From: Squalus acanthias
Taxonomy: Eukaryota
Assembly: GCA_030390025.1 (NCBI GenBank)
Contig: CM059432.1
Coordinates: 51,152,001 to 51,216,000, forward strand
Reading direction: 5' to 3'
DNA: 64,000 nucleotides
The position numbers and the translations under genes were made by a program. Positions within the stretch are counted from its first letter, which is position 1; each line of letters starts with the position of its first letter. Shown here piece by piece: positions 62,534 through 64,000 of the stretch. Below the pieces are notes generated by a model, which ran no database searches, was not told where the DNA came from, and was given only the letters and a program-made list of their open reading frames with translations.

Positions 62534-63905
62534 GGAGGAGGCAGCCTGCAAATTCCCATTTTGGACGGGCTGTCCATGAGTGCATCATCAGACTGAGCTT
62601 CCCCTGAAGGAAACCCCAGATCCCCGTTGCTCAACACTTCCCCACCTTACCATTCCTCTGTCACAGAACGTCACAGTGTCCTCTTGGGCACAATGCAGAA
62701 ATGAAAGCCGCCATAAAACAAACATTCTAAACATAATTTATAAATGATTAATTCCAATATTACATTACAAAGCCAACTAATTACACATGCGCATTCTCTT
62801 AGTGTCTGTCTTTCGTGTTCCTTTGCCTATTCATGTGCTTCTACGTAGTGCTACCCCAGTGGCTGCAGCATGGCTGGTGGAAGGCTGCTGACTTTCCATG
62901 GGGGCACTGCAGGATGACCTCGAGCAGCTCTGGGCCTAAAAGGCCCAGCTGTAGATTACATCACCTCGGCATGGGTGGCTGCAGCCTGGGGTGGCTGCAG
63001 CCTGAGCTGGCTGGCTGACAGGCAACAGCAAAGGCTCTGGTGGAGTGGCAGTAGTGGAAGTACGAATGTTGTCATCCTGAGAGAGGACAGCAGGGTCGGC
63101 CTCCACGGAGGCAATGCCACTCCCCCGGGTCAGCGCCTCTGCATTTCTAGCCATCTGTTGCAGGATAGATTGCTGGACTGCTGGAAGAACCTGCAAGCCC
63201 CTTTCCAAACTCGTAAACCCAGCCACAATGGTAGCACTCTGAGCTTGTGTGGCAGCAAGCTGAGCCAGCATGACAGAAGTTTGAGCTTCCACTGCAGCAC
63301 TCAGACATTGGGTCGCTTCCACTTGTGCTGCAATGGAAGCTGCAATATGACCTGTCACACCCAGCATATGGTAGCGCTCTAATGGAGTTGTCCATCACTT
63401 CCATCCTGGAAATCATGGGCTCCAAGCTCAATGCAAAGCCCTGTGCAATTTTGAAGCTGGACTCCTCCATGCTCCTTGACAGTGACATGAGGCTCTCTGG
63501 CAGGCCTGCCATTCCACCAAGCATTTCTGTGTGTATGCCCTCCTTCTGAAGGCTGTCCCATCGAAGTCCTCATCTGAGTCCTGTGCAGCAGAACCCATAT
63601 GCGGCCTCGTCCTCCCGGGAGCTGGCACCTGCGTTACCTTTTCCCCATGGCTTGGCTGCATCCCACTTGTGCCCGGTGACTCATCGCATGCAGATCCCGT
63701 CTCTGTACTACCCTCTAAAATTTGCGCAGTGCCATTTTCTGAGCTGGTGCCTGGGAGTGTCAGATCGAGTAACGGTGCCTCTTCTCCTTTTGTTCTTCCT
63801 GCACAGACTGAGCTGGTTGGAGTTGTTGGGTATCTGAAAGGAGAAAGGCACAAGGGTCGGGTTGTGGTGAGGGGAGGGCAGGATAGCAAAATGTGCATGC
63901 TTATC
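62499..63905. mobile_element. Harbinger remnant: transposase 3' end (+) and Myb exon 3 (-)
   Basis: Acidic GAG tract at 62499; exon-3 acceptor tttcag at ~63834; homologous to 24700-25380 and 31020-32170. Confidence 0.78.
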
Positions 63906-64000
63906 ACAGAATCATAGAAACATAGAATGGTTACAGCACAGAAGGAGGCCATTTGGCCCGTCGAACCCGTGCCGGCTCTCTGCAAGAGCACTTCAGCTAG
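63906..64000 (-). mobile_element. CR1 3' tail running off the window
   Basis: cacagaatcatagaaacatagaa...gaaggaggccatttggccc. Confidence 0.75.

Overview
Eukaryotic, repeat-dense vertebrate DNA. The repeat content (SacSINE1-type DeuSINEs, LF-SINE-like relics, several CR1 families, L2, Penelope, many PIF/Harbinger elements) suggests a cartilaginous fish; that assignment is inference. The only confident host-gene sequence is a terminal coding exon of an AKAIN1/AKAP7-type PKA-RII-binding protein (10601-10794, +). Most of the rest is transposable elements. Notable items: (1) an apparently complete CR1-group LINE with no room for ORF1 whose 5' end is a tRNA-derived Pol III head, plus a short head+tail SINE sharing both ends; (2) a four-level nest of Harbinger elements at 29.9-43.7 kb, whose innermost 4.1-kb element is nearly intact and has its empty site present elsewhere in the window; (3) a family of hairpin-rich non-autonomous elements whose stems change sequence but keep pairing; (4) Penelope remnants carrying minimal hammerhead ribozymes. 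All family names come from recognising motifs by eye, not from database searches. Boundaries of degraded elements are approximate.
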